64,000 nucleotides of DNA. It comes from Minisyncoccia bacterium (GTDB lineage: Bacteria; Patescibacteriota; Minisyncoccia; UBA6257; 2-01-FULL-56-20). Of the stretch, positions 47,675 to 57,696 are shown piece by piece; the stretch's first letter is position 1; the number at the start of each line of letters is the position of its first letter. Under the pieces are notes generated by a model, which was given only the letters and a program-made list of their open reading frames with translations, was not told the origin of the DNA and made no database searches. Location of the stretch: positions 148,881 to 212,880 of the forward strand of contig JBEKML010000002.1 in the NCBI GenBank assembly GCA_050008535.1, written 5' to 3'. The position numbers and the translations under genes were made by a program.

Positions 47675-48535
47675 GTGATCGGCCACAAAAAGATTATTGA
47701 GGATTTTAAGAAGCTCGCCGCCCGGAACGAGCTTTCCCACGGCTATATTTTTTACGGGCCGGCGATGGTGGGGAAGCGGACGACAGCGCTCGCCTTCGCA
47801 CGGTTTTTGGAAAAAGGCGAGTTTGAGCCGCCGGCAGAAGGCGAGGTGCTCCAGGACGCGAAGCTTATTGACCTTGCGTTTGCGAAGCAATTGGATCCCA
47901 ACCTGAAGGACTCTATTAGTATTGACGCTGTGCGCGAGATCAAGAATTTTCTCTGGCAAAAACCGAACGTGAGCGTGCGGAGGACGCTCATACTTGATGA
48001 CGCCGAACTTTTAACGACCGAGGCGCAGAACGCGCTTTTGAAAGTTACCGAGGAGCCGCCCGCTTCGTCACTCCTTCTTGTCATTGCTTCCGACCTTGAA
48101 AGCGTGATGGGCACGATCCGGTCGCGCCTGCAGGGTATTTATTTCGGTCCGGTCGCGGAGGCGGAGATCGCGCGGTGGCTTTCAGAGGAGAAGGGGATGA
48201 CGGCAGCAAAAGTGGCGCCCTTTGCCAAACAGGCACTGGGAAAGCCCGGGCTTGCCTCGCGATTGCTGCACGATAAGAACTTTACAAAGACGCTTGAGCT
48301 CGCGGCGAAGTTTTTGAAGACCGCGCCCGCCGCGCGCCGCGATTTCATCAAAAAATTGATCGAACCGGACGAGTTCGTCTTACGAAATTTTCTTAATGCT
48401 GTTATAATGACCCTTGCGTGGGAGAAGCCGTCAAAAGCTAAGGCGGCGCTCTGGCACAAGGTGCTCGCGCTGCAGCAAAACGCCACGAATTTCGGCCTGA
48501 ATCCGCGTCTGCAGCTGGAAGGTTTACTTATGTAA
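47675..48535 (+). CDS. holB: DNA polymerase III subunit delta'
   Basis: VIGH, HGYIFYGP..VGK and EAQNALLK..EEPP motifs. Confidence 0.85.
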   Translation: MIGHKKIIEDFKKLAARNELSHGYIFYGPAMVGKRTTALAFARFLEKGEFEPPAEGEVLQDAKLIDLAFAKQLDPNLKDSISIDAVREIKNFLWQKPNVSVRRTLILDDAELLTTEAQNALLKVTEEPPASSLLLVIASDLESVMGTIRSRLQGIYFGPVAEAEIARWLSEEKGMTAAKVAPFAKQALGKPGLASRLLHDKNFTKTLELAAKFLKTAPAARRDFIKKLIEPDEFVLRNFLNAVIMTLAWEKPSKAKAALWHKVLALQQNATNFGLNPRLQLEGLLM

Positions 48536-48549
48536 AAAAGTAAAATTCA

Positions 48550-49110
48550 ATGACCACTTCTGAACAATTTATAAAAGACCTTGAAACCGGGCTTTCCGGC
48601 GCCGTACAGAAGCTGAAACAGGATTTCGGACAGATCCGCGGCAACCGGCCGTCGGCCGAACTGATACAGGATATTAAAGTGAATCTCTATGACCAGATGC
48701 TTTCCGTCCGCGAGCTCGGCTCTTTGAGCGTGTTGCCGCCGCGGACGATCCAGATCTCTGTGTGGGACAAAAATGCCGTAGGTGCCGTTATGAATGCCAT
48801 CACGAATGCCCATCTCGGGCTTTCTACCAATAACGACGGCAATAATATCCGCGCGACGCTTTCGCCCCTGGGCGACGAACGACGCGAAGAGTTGACGAAG
48901 CTCGTCAAGAAGACCGCCGAAGCGGTGCGGATCCAGATCCGCGCCAAGCGCGACGAAACTATGAAGCGCCTGAAGGACGCCGAGACCAAAAAAGAGATCA
49001 CCGAGGACGAAGCGTTCAAGTCAAAAGAAAAAGTGCAAAAAGCAGTGGACAAGGCGAACGGGGAGGTGGAAACGCTTGTCAGCGTTAAATTACAAGAACT
49101 CGGGGAATGA
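48550..49110 (+). CDS. frr: Ribosome recycling factor
   Basis: IRGNRP, WD, L..ERREEL.K and IR..RD motifs. Confidence 0.9.
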   Translation: MTTSEQFIKDLETGLSGAVQKLKQDFGQIRGNRPSAELIQDIKVNLYDQMLSVRELGSLSVLPPRTIQISVWDKNAVGAVMNAITNAHLGLSTNNDGNNIRATLSPLGDERREELTKLVKKTAEAVRIQIRAKRDETMKRLKDAETKKEITEDEAFKSKEKVQKAVDKANGEVETLVSVKLQELGE

Positions 49111-50171
49111 TCATCGCAATTCTTGTCATCATCGGGCTTTCGCTTCTTATCCTCGGCCACGAGGCGGGGCATTTTTTTGCAGCGAAAATATTCGGGTTGA
49201 AAGTGGACGAATTCGGCTTCGGCTTCCCGCCGCGAATCACGGCGTGGAAAAAAGGGGAGACGGAATACAGCGTGAACTGGCTGCCGTTCGGCGGGTTCGT
49301 AAAGATCGGCGGGGAGCGCGGCGAGTTTGAAATGGTAAACCCCAACGATGCAGAAAAAAGCGAAGGGGAAAAGAAGGCGGCAGACAAAACACGGCTACTC
49401 TACGCACAGCCGGCGTGGAAAAAAAGCGTGATTATGCTCGCGGGGGTTTTTATGAACTTTCTCTTAGGATGGTTCTTTCTTTCGCTTATCTTGATGATCG
49501 GTGCGCCGCAGGCGCTCGTCGTCGGCGGCGTTCAGCCGAACTCGCCTGCGTTGCAGGCGGGGATAATGGCGGGGGATATTGTAAAGGGCTTTACGAGCGC
49601 GCAGGGTTTTATTGATTTTGTGAACGTTCACCGCGGTGAGCAGACCGCGATCACTGTTATCCGCAATAACAAGGAAATAAGCTTCACTGTTGTCCCGCGT
49701 GTGCATACGGCTCCGAACGAGGGCGCGCTAGGCGTGGGACTTGCGGAAACCGGTACGCCGCGCGAAGGATTCTTTGCGGCGGTCAAGGACGGCTTTGTGA
49801 ATGCCGGCATCATCCTGTGGCTTACGATCGGCGCCCTTTATCAATTGATCATCCAGCTTTTCGCGCATGCCTCGCTTTTGCCGGGCGTTGTGGGGCCGGT
49901 GGGCATTTTCGGCCTCGCGGAGGAAACCGGAAAAATCGGGCTGGTTTATCTTTTGCAATTGATGGGGATCATATCGCTCAACCTTACCATCGTGAACCTC
50001 ATCCCGTTCCCGGCGCTTGACGGCGGCCGGTTCGTGATGGCGATCATAGAAAAAATAAAGGGTGGAGCGTTGTCGTATAAAGTGGAGGCGTGGGTAAACG
50101 GTCTCGGTTTCGCATTGCTTCTTCTTTTGATGGTGTTGCTTACGATCCGCGATGTAAGTGGATTGATATAG
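49107..50171 (+). CDS. rseP: RseP-like site-2 metalloprotease with PDZ domain
   Basis: HEAGH, PFGGFV and NLIPFPALDGG motifs. Confidence 0.9.
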   Translation: MIIAILVIIGLSLLILGHEAGHFFAAKIFGLKVDEFGFGFPPRITAWKKGETEYSVNWLPFGGFVKIGGERGEFEMVNPNDAEKSEGEKKAADKTRLLYAQPAWKKSVIMLAGVFMNFLLGWFFLSLILMIGAPQALVVGGVQPNSPALQAGIMAGDIVKGFTSAQGFIDFVNVHRGEQTAITVIRNNKEISFTVVPRVHTAPNEGALGVGLAETGTPREGFFAAVKDGFVNAGIILWLTIGALYQLIIQLFAHASLLPGVVGPVGIFGLAEETGKIGLVYLLQLMGIISLNLTIVNLIPFPALDGGRFVMAIIEKIKGGALSYKVEAWVNGLGFALLLLLMVLLTIRDVSGLI

Positions 50172-50189
50172 ACGGGGTATAATTGAAGC

Positions 50190-51380
50190 ATGATCCAGCG
50201 TGGCATCGCTTCTTTCGGGCTTGATTACGGCCGCTGTCCACCGTGGCTTTTTGAACGGATGGTGAAGCTCGGCCGCGAGATGGCATATGTGCTCGTCGCC
50301 GAGTACGGCCCGGATGAATTCATAAAGCGGATCGCGGATCCGGCATGGTTCCAGTCGCTCGGCACGGTACTGGCGTTTGATTGGAATGCATCGGGGCTCA
50401 CGACCATTCTGACCGCGGCGCTGAAAGAAGCTATCCGCGGCCGCGAGCGCGAGTTGGGGATTTTTATCTGCGGCGGAAAAGGGAAAACCTCGCGCAAAAC
50501 GCCGGAGGAGATCATGCAATGGGGCGAGAAGCTCTCGCTTCCCGCGCCTGCAACGAACAACCTTGTCTACAATTCGAAAATGAGCGCAAAGGTGGATAGC
50601 GCGCTCGTGCAGGACGGGTTCCAGCTTTATCACCATTCGTTTTTCTTTTCGCGCGGCGGCGCGTGGGCGGTCGTCCAGCAGGGGATGAACAAGGAAAAAC
50701 GCTCGGCACGACGGTATCACTGGTTTTCAGAAAATATCAACGACCTTGTTTCAGAGCCGCATTCCGGTATCTCTTCGCCCGTGGTTTTGAACCGCGTTTT
50801 AAATCTTACGGCGAAACAGAGTACGCAAACGCGCGAGATTTCCACCGAGCTTGTGCAGGCGGGCTACGCAACGCTCATGAAAGACATCCAACTTTTGCGC
50901 AAGTATTCCTCGCCGCTTTCGCAGATGGCGCAATTTGAGAACGCGCGCGGGGAGCAGCTTTCGCTTTTGAACCTTGAAACGCGCGAGTTCAAATCCCACC
51001 CGGTGGTATACGAGGATTTTTCAAAGAGCAAATATCTGGAAAAGGTGCTCGCGAAAGTAACCGACCGGAAGCCGGAGAATTATGAAAAACTGATCGCCAT
51101 TGAGGGCGTGGGGCCGAAGACCGTGCGTGCCCTCGCGCTCGTAGGCGAAGTGATCTATGGTGCAAAGCCCTCCTATGAAGATCCTGCGCGTTACAGCTTT
51201 GCGCATGGCGGTAAGGATGCCACGCCGTATCCCGTGGACCGCATAACCTACGACCAGACGATCACGATCCTTGGCGAAGCGGTGCGCAAAACGCGACTCT
51301 CGCCGGACGAAAAACGCCGCGCGCTCGGACGGCTGCAGGTCGGGAGAAGCGGTCAGCAAGGCGCCGGACGGGTGCTATAA
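50190..51380 (+). CDS. DUF763 family protein
   Basis: PPWLF.RM, WFQSLG...DW.ASG.TT, VDSALVQDG and SFAHGGKD motifs. Confidence 0.85.
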   Translation: MIQRGIASFGLDYGRCPPWLFERMVKLGREMAYVLVAEYGPDEFIKRIADPAWFQSLGTVLAFDWNASGLTTILTAALKEAIRGRERELGIFICGGKGKTSRKTPEEIMQWGEKLSLPAPATNNLVYNSKMSAKVDSALVQDGFQLYHHSFFFSRGGAWAVVQQGMNKEKRSARRYHWFSENINDLVSEPHSGISSPVVLNRVLNLTAKQSTQTREISTELVQAGYATLMKDIQLLRKYSSPLSQMAQFENARGEQLSLLNLETREFKSHPVVYEDFSKSKYLEKVLAKVTDRKPENYEKLIAIEGVGPKTVRALALVGEVIYGAKPSYEDPARYSFAHGGKDATPYPVDRITYDQTITILGEAVRKTRLSPDEKRRALGRLQVGRSGQQGAGRVL

Positions 51381-51387
51381 TTGGAGT

Positions 51388-53130
51388 ATTCCCGGGCTAG
51401 AAACCAAAACCTGCCAAAACTGCAAACAACCGTTCGTCATTGAGCCGGACGATTTTGCGTTTTATCAAAAGATTGATGTCCCGCCGCCGACGCTTTGCCC
51501 GGAGTGCCGTATGCAGCGTAGGCTCGCGTGGAGGAATGAGCGATCTATTCACAAACGCGCCTGTGATCTATGCGGAGCTAGTGTTATTGGAATGTATCCT
51601 GCCACTACGAAATTTCCGGTTTACTGCCATTCTTGTTGGTGGTCGGATAAATGGGACCCCATCGTGTATGGAAGGGAGTATGATCCGAGCCGGTCCTTTT
51701 TTGAACAATGGAAGGAGCTGCAAAATGTGGTGCCTCGTCCGGAACATAATAACAGCGGAAACATTGTGAACAGTGCGTATACAAACTGCGCCGCGGACAT
51801 GAAGAATTGCTACCTGGTTTTTGGGGCACAGAAAGACGAGAATTCCATGTATTCGCATTATTTAAATCAATCAAACGAATGCTTAGACCTTCTGCACGTT
51901 TTTTCTTCTGAAAAATGCTACGACTGCTTTGATGCTGAGCAATGCCACTCGGTTCGATATTCGCAATCGTCGATGAATTGTCGAAACTCGTTTTTTCTAT
52001 ATGACTGTAAAAACTGTTCCGACTGCATCGCGTGTATCGGGTTACGGAACAAGCGATTTCACATCTTTAACGTTCCTTATGCAAAGGAAGAGTATCTGAG
52101 AAAGAGGGACGAATTTCGACTAGACTCCAGACGTGGCATCGAAGATCTAAGGAAAAGATTTCTGAGTAACGAGCTGTATCGTGCTTTTCCGCGCAGATTC
52201 TTTCACGGCCAGTTGAACACAGCGAGTACGGGTGATTACATTAGTGAAAGTGAAAACGCGTTAAGCTGTTTTTACGCAAAGGGTTTGCGGGGCTGTAAAT
52301 ACGTTTTCTGGGCGCACAACATGAAGGATTCATATGACTACTTTGCTTTTGCAGATCCCGATGAGCTTGCTTACGAAAGAGTGTCGGGCGGGTACGGGGA
52401 TTATAATTGCAAATTTACTGAAGCATCATGGATAGGTAATCGCGACCTCGAATATTGCGGGCTTTGCTATAACACTAGATCTCTTTTTGGGTGTATCGGT
52501 CTCAGGAAAAAAGAGTTTTGTATTTTGAACAGGCGGTATGCGGAGGCGGAATACCATGAACTCGTTGTACGGATTCGCAAGCAGATGACGGAAACGGGGG
52601 AATACGGAGAATTTTTCCCAATATCGCTTTCGCCGTTTCCATATTGGGATTCGGTTGCACAGGAGCATTTCCCATTGACAAAAGAACAGGTCTTGGAGAA
52701 GGGGTATGGATGGCGCGAGCCGGATCCCCGCACTCAGAAAATTACGAGAACGCCAAGCGAACTGCCGGATACGATTGCCGAGGTGTCGGACGATATTTTG
52801 AACGAAACGATCGGCTGTGAGCATGGCGGGGTGTGCGCCCATCAATGCACGGTCGCATTTCGGATCACTCCTGAGGAGTTAAAATTCTATAGAGAACAGA
52901 ATATTCCGCTTCCAACGCTCTGTTTTCAGTGCCGCCATGCATCTCGCATCGCCCTTCGAAGCCCGCTTAAGCTCTGGCACCGCAAATGCATGTGCGATGG
53001 GAAGGTATACCAGAACACCGCCACCCACCAGCATCAGGATGTATGCCCCACCGGATTCGAAACCTCCTACGCCCCCGACCGGCCGGAGATCGTCTACTGC
53101 GAACAGTGCTACAACGCGGAGGTGGCGTAA
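51388..53130 (+). CDS. CPR Cys-rich repeat protein (paralog 3), apparent ATT start
   Basis: Homology to the paralogs begins at ETKTCQNC. There is no in-frame ATG/GTG/TTG between the TATAAT at 51376 and that point, but ATT lies 6 nt after the -10. Confidence 0.8.
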   Translation: MPGLETKTCQNCKQPFVIEPDDFAFYQKIDVPPPTLCPECRMQRRLAWRNERSIHKRACDLCGASVIGMYPATTKFPVYCHSCWWSDKWDPIVYGREYDPSRSFFEQWKELQNVVPRPEHNNSGNIVNSAYTNCAADMKNCYLVFGAQKDENSMYSHYLNQSNECLDLLHVFSSEKCYDCFDAEQCHSVRYSQSSMNCRNSFFLYDCKNCSDCIACIGLRNKRFHIFNVPYAKEEYLRKRDEFRLDSRRGIEDLRKRFLSNELYRAFPRRFFHGQLNTASTGDYISESENALSCFYAKGLRGCKYVFWAHNMKDSYDYFAFADPDELAYERVSGGYGDYNCKFTEASWIGNRDLEYCGLCYNTRSLFGCIGLRKKEFCILNRRYAEAEYHELVVRIRKQMTETGEYGEFFPISLSPFPYWDSVAQEHFPLTKEQVLEKGYGWREPDPRTQKITRTPSELPDTIAEVSDDILNETIGCEHGGVCAHQCTVAFRITPEELKFYREQNIPLPTLCFQCRHASRIALRSPLKLWHRKCMCDGKVYQNTATHQHQDVCPTGFETSYAPDRPEIVYCEQCYNAEVA

Positions 53131-53144
53131 GGTAGAATAGAGTT

Positions 53145-54896
53145 ATGGATACCAAAACGAAGACCTGTGCGAATTGTAAAACGCGGTTTACTATAGAACC
53201 TGACGACTTCTCGTTCTACCAAAAGATTGATGTTCCGCCGCCGACGTTTTGCCCGGGGTGCCGCTACATCCGGCGGCTTTTGGATCGCAACGAATATAAT
53301 TTTTATCGCCGCAAGTGCAATGCGACGGGAGAAAACATCATTTCAATCTATCGTCCCGACGCGCCGTTCCCGGTGTACAAGCAGGACTATTGGAAATCGG
53401 ATGCGTTCGACGGGCTTGCCTATGGCCGGGATTTTGATTTCAGCCGCCCATTCTTTGAGCAATACGAGGAGCTCCGCCGCGTAGTACCGCACCTCGCACT
53501 TGTGAATGCAAGCAGCGAGAACAGCGAATATACCAATCAATCCCAGGATAACAAGGATTGTTACATGCTCGTTACGAGCAATACGAGCGAAAAATGCATG
53601 TACGGGAGCTGGTGCCAGAATAAATGTTTTTTCTTGTCAGATTGCTATATGGTGGAAGGAAGCGAGTTCTGCTATGAATGCATGAACCTTACGAAATGTT
53701 CCCGTTGCAGATGGTGCCGCGATTGTTCCGACTGCATTGATATTTGTTTTTCAGTTGATTGTCGCGGATGTACAAATTGCTTCGGCTGTGTGGGCCTGCG
53801 AAACAAGCAGAACTGCTGGGGCAACGAACAGTTGGATAAGATTGAGTACGGGCGCAGACTGAAAGAATTCCCATGGACAAATGGGGCCATAGCACGTGCG
53901 CAGGAAGAACTCTCAAAGTTACGAGTAAAGATTCCGGTGAAATACTATCATGGTTCACAAACGCAAAATTCCTCCGGCGACTATCTGGAAAACACACAGC
54001 GGGTGCGCATGGCTTTTAACTGTCGCGACAACAAGGATACGGCGTATATGCAGGACGCGTGGAATCAGACGGAGGATTGCTTGGATTGTACGGAGATTAT
54101 TATTGCGCAGTTGTCGTATGAGATACAAGGCGTTGATACTCCGCATCGGACCATCGTGGCGCGAAGTTGTTTTGATACCGTAGTCGATTCTTGCTATTGC
54201 GATATGTGCTTCAATGCGAACAATTGTTTCGGGTGCTTTGGATTAAAACAGAAACAATACTGTATTTTGAACAAGCAATATTCCAAAGCAGAATATCTCG
54301 CGCTGAAAGAAAAGATAATTGATCATATGAAGCAAGCGGGGGAGTGGGGCGAATATTTCCCGCCGAACGTGTCACCCTTCGCCTATAACGAATCCATGGC
54401 ACAGGATTACTTTCCGCTCATGCGGGAAGAGGCGGTTAAGCGGGGATATTCTTGGTATGATCGCCCCGCCACGCAGTATGACATTACTTTGACCTCGGAT
54501 AAACTGCCGAGAACCATTTCCGAAACCACCGACGATATTTTGAACCAGACGATCCAGTGCAAGACACAGGAGAGCGAAGAAGAAAAAAAGAAAAATCCCT
54601 TGTGTGTTACCGCGTTCAAGATAGTTCCCTTAGAGCTTACGCTGTACCGAAAGATCGGGATTCCCGTTCCCGAGTACTGTTTCCCGTGCAGGCGCACAAA
54701 ACGTTTTGCGTTCCGCAATCCACGTACGCTCTATAAAGGAGTATGCCAATGTAACGGGCCGAAGGCGACATGCAAAAACACCGCGGAACACTTTCATGGC
54801 GCAAGCCATTGTCCCAATGGATTCGAAACTTCCTATGCCCCCGACCGGCCCGAGATCGTCTACTGCGAACAGTGCTATAACGCGGAGGTGGCGTAA
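53145..54896 (+). CDS. CPR Cys-rich repeat protein (paralog 4)
   Basis: CANC...VPPPTFCPGCR; C-terminal FETSYAPDRPEIVYCEQCYNAEVA. Confidence 0.85.
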   Translation: MDTKTKTCANCKTRFTIEPDDFSFYQKIDVPPPTFCPGCRYIRRLLDRNEYNFYRRKCNATGENIISIYRPDAPFPVYKQDYWKSDAFDGLAYGRDFDFSRPFFEQYEELRRVVPHLALVNASSENSEYTNQSQDNKDCYMLVTSNTSEKCMYGSWCQNKCFFLSDCYMVEGSEFCYECMNLTKCSRCRWCRDCSDCIDICFSVDCRGCTNCFGCVGLRNKQNCWGNEQLDKIEYGRRLKEFPWTNGAIARAQEELSKLRVKIPVKYYHGSQTQNSSGDYLENTQRVRMAFNCRDNKDTAYMQDAWNQTEDCLDCTEIIIAQLSYEIQGVDTPHRTIVARSCFDTVVDSCYCDMCFNANNCFGCFGLKQKQYCILNKQYSKAEYLALKEKIIDHMKQAGEWGEYFPPNVSPFAYNESMAQDYFPLMREEAVKRGYSWYDRPATQYDITLTSDKLPRTISETTDDILNQTIQCKTQESEEEKKKNPLCVTAFKIVPLELTLYRKIGIPVPEYCFPCRRTKRFAFRNPRTLYKGVCQCNGPKATCKNTAEHFHGASHCPNGFETSYAPDRPEIVYCEQCYNAEVA

Positions 54897-54925
54897 CCGC
54901 GATGGGGGAGGTATAATGAATCCAC

Positions 54926-55207
54926 ATGGACTCACTGATCCACGCCGACATCTTCTTTTTTGTGACGACGATCGTGGTGGTGATCGTCGGGGCGGCACTT
55001 ACGGCGGTGCTCGTTTATCTGGCAAGGGTGCTTTCCGACATCAAAAAGATCACGGCACAGGTGCACGAAGAGACGGTCCTTTTCCGCGAGGATATCCGCG
55101 GTTTGCGGCAAGATATGCAGCGGGAAGGGTTCAAGATCGCTCGTTTCATCGATTTTTTCAAAAAACTGTTAAAACATAAGAAAACGTCAAGGTCGAAAAA
55201 TTCATAA
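54926..55207 (+). CDS. Small membrane protein (DUF948-like)
   Basis: One TM helix followed by a coiled segment; TATAAT upstream. Confidence 0.7.
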   Translation: MDSLIHADIFFFVTTIVVVIVGAALTAVLVYLARVLSDIKKITAQVHEETVLFREDIRGLRQDMQREGFKIARFIDFFKKLLKHKKTSRSKNS

Positions 55208-55215
55208 TAAAAAAC

Positions 55216-55617
55216 ATGAAAAAAATGTCCAAAAAGACGAAACGGATGGCGACGGAGATCGGCGCGGGAGTTCTCACCGCTGCGGCACTTGCGGCCGCTG
55301 GGGCATATTTGCTTTCAGACAAAAAGCGCCGCGCGAAAGCGAAGGCGTGGGCGGTAAAAGCGCGCCGCGAAGTGGCGAAGAACGTGAAAACTGCGCGCCG
55401 GATGGGCGAAGCGGAGTACAAGCGCGTGGTGGAGCGGGCAACGAAGCGTTATGGATCACTGCACAAAGTGAACGTGGCGGAGGTGATGAGGACCGCACGT
55501 GATCTGAAGGCAGAATGGCAGCGGATGAAGAAAGATGCGAGAATAATCGCGAAAATGATGCCGAAGCGGAAGCCTGCACGCCGGGCAAAAAAGCGGACCA
55601 CAAAGAAGCGCAAATAG
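55216..55617 (+). CDS. Highly basic YtxH-like protein
   Basis: Ala/Gly hydrophobic helix ending GAYLL; Lys/Arg-rich tail. Confidence 0.6.
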   Translation: MKKMSKKTKRMATEIGAGVLTAAALAAAGAYLLSDKKRRAKAKAWAVKARREVAKNVKTARRMGEAEYKRVVERATKRYGSLHKVNVAEVMRTARDLKAEWQRMKKDARIIAKMMPKRKPARRAKKRTTKKRK

Positions 55618-55653
55618 AGACACTAAGATACAAGTAGGCAGACAGCATAGCAA

Positions 55654-55701
55654 AAGAGGTTTTGAAAAGAGCCCTTCTGAGTACTCTTTTCAAAACATCT
55701 T
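55654..55701. terminator. Hairpin between convergent genes
   Basis: GTTTTGAAAAGAG...CTCTTTTCAAAAC inverted repeat. Confidence 0.6.
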
Positions 55702-55717
55702 CCTGCTGCTTTTTTGT

Positions 55718-56956
55718 TTATTCGTATCGCAGCGCTTCTATCGGGCTCTTTTTTGCAGCTTGGCGTGCGGGATAGATGCCGAAGATGAGCCCTATGCCGG
55801 ATGAGACGCCGAGCCCGAGCGCTACGGCGCTCCAGGGCAGTACGAACTGCCAATTGAGCCCGTAGGCGTGGCTGAGCACGAAGGCGACCAAGAACGAGAC
55901 GAACCCGCCAAGCGCGATGCCGATCACGCCGCCAATGGCGGTCAGGATAACGGCTTCAAGAAGGAATTGCGAAAGAATATTGCTATCCGTTGCGCCCAGT
56001 GCTTTCCGCAAGCCGATCTCGCGCGTGCGTTCGGTGACGGAAACAAGCATGATATTCATGATGCCGATGCCGCCCACAACAAGGGAAACCGCAGCGACCG
56101 ACGCAAGGAAGAGCGTGAGGACGTTCAAGATCGTGCTCACGGTTTGCATGGCGCTCTCCTGGGTTTGAATGAAGAAATCGTCTTTTGAGGGATCAATGAT
56201 GCCGTGGTCGTTGCGGAGCGTCGCCTTGATGTCGTCCGCGGTTTCGTTTACCGTGCTTACGCTGTCCGCTTCCACGACCATGCGGTTGAAATAATTGATG
56301 CCGAAGATATAGGTTTGCGCCGTCGTGTAGGGCATGAAGACAGCCTCATCGAAGTTCAGGAATGAAAGCTGGCCGGTGCTTTTAAGGACGCCCACGACAC
56401 GGAACGTATGGTTTTTGATGCGTACTTTCTCGCCGATCGCCGAGCCGCCGTCGAAAAGCTTCTGTTCCACCGTTTTCCCGATAACAACGACGCTCGCCAA
56501 CCCCGTCACGTCATCCGCTCCGAACATTTCTCCCTCATCGGTCGTGACGTTGTAAACGTCGCCGAAAAGCTCCGTGGTACCGAGCAGGGTCGCCTGGTAC
56601 GTATTCGTCTGCCACGAAGCCGCTTCACTGCCGAAGACGACGGGCATCACCGTCGCCCCATGGGGGACGTTGCTTTTGTTTTGCAATGCGACAAGATCAC
56701 TCTTCTTCAGCGAATCGGTGAAGGTGGAGAGGAAGTCGGTGGGGCTGGTCGGCTGTCGGCCCGGCACGATCCCGATCACGCGCGAGCCGATGCTCTGGAT
56801 CTCCCCAAGGATGAGCCCCTGCGCGCCCTGGCCCAAGGACATCACGATGATGATGGCCGTGATGCCGATCACGATGCCCAAAATAGTAAGGAACGAGCGC
56901 GAACGGTTCGTGGCGAGGCCGGCCGTGGCAGTTTTGGCGAGTTGGCGGAGCTTCAT
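55718..56956 (-). CDS. MacB/FtsX-family ABC permease
   Basis: RSFLTILGIVIG, GGIGIMNIMLVSVTERTREIG and PIEALRYE motifs. Confidence 0.92.
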   Translation of the reverse strand: MKLRQLAKTATAGLATNRSRSFLTILGIVIGITAIIIVMSLGQGAQGLILGEIQSIGSRVIGIVPGRQPTSPTDFLSTFTDSLKKSDLVALQNKSNVPHGATVMPVVFGSEAASWQTNTYQATLLGTTELFGDVYNVTTDEGEMFGADDVTGLASVVVIGKTVEQKLFDGGSAIGEKVRIKNHTFRVVGVLKSTGQLSFLNFDEAVFMPYTTAQTYIFGINYFNRMVVEADSVSTVNETADDIKATLRNDHGIIDPSKDDFFIQTQESAMQTVSTILNVLTLFLASVAAVSLVVGGIGIMNIMLVSVTERTREIGLRKALGATDSNILSQFLLEAVILTAIGGVIGIALGGFVSFLVAFVLSHAYGLNWQFVLPWSAVALGLGVSSGIGLIFGIYPARQAAKKSPIEALRYE

Positions 56957-56962
56957 GGCGGT

Positions 56963-57682
56963 TTATTTTTCAAACACGTCGGTCGTCCGGCGGCGTTGTG
57001 CGACTTTTTTGTTGGAATCGATGCGGCCGTCCAAGATGGTGAGGATCCGCTCCGCGTGTTCGGCAGTATGCAATTCGTGGGTGATCAGAATGATCGTGTG
57101 GCCTTGCTCTTCGTTCAGCCGCTGGATCGTTTCCATGACCGCTTGCCCTGATTTTGAATCAAGGTTACCGGTCGGTTCATCGGCAAAAATAACCTGCGGC
57201 GAGAGGATGAGCGCGCGGGCGATCGCCACCCGCTGTTTTTCGCCGCCGGAGAGCTGGTAGGCTTGGTGATTGGTCCGGTGGCCGAGCTTAACGGTCTGGA
57301 TCGCCTTTATTGCCATGTCGCTCCACTGTTCTTCGGGAATATCCGAATAAAGAAGGGGAAGCTTCACGTTGTCCAGCACGGTCGCGCGCGGCAGCAGATT
57401 GAACGCCTGGAACACGAACCCCATTTTATTGTTGCGGATATGCGCGAGCTCGTCCTCGGAATATTCCGACATTTCTTTTCCGTCAAAGATATACGTGCCG
57501 CTCGTATAGCGGTCCAGGAAGCCGAGAATATGGAGGAGGGTGGACTTGCCGGAACCGGACGGCCCCATGATCGCCACGAATTCGCCCGCATTGATCTCGA
57601 GCGAAACATCTTCTACGGCGATGGTTTCCGCACCCTCATCGCCATAAACCTTACGGAGCGATTTTGCTTCAATAAGCGCCAT
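56963..57682 (-). CDS. ABC ATP-binding protein (MacB/LolD type)
   Basis: GPSGSGKS, LSGGEKQRVAIAR and ADEPTGNLD motifs. Confidence 0.93.
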   Translation of the reverse strand: MALIEAKSLRKVYGDEGAETIAVEDVSLEINAGEFVAIMGPSGSGKSTLLHILGFLDRYTSGTYIFDGKEMSEYSEDELAHIRNNKMGFVFQAFNLLPRATVLDNVKLPLLYSDIPEEQWSDMAIKAIQTVKLGHRTNHQAYQLSGGEKQRVAIARALILSPQVIFADEPTGNLDSKSGQAVMETIQRLNEEQGHTIILITHELHTAEHAERILTILDGRIDSNKKVAQRRRTTDVFEK

Positions 57683-57696
57683 AGCGTGCGTGCTTA

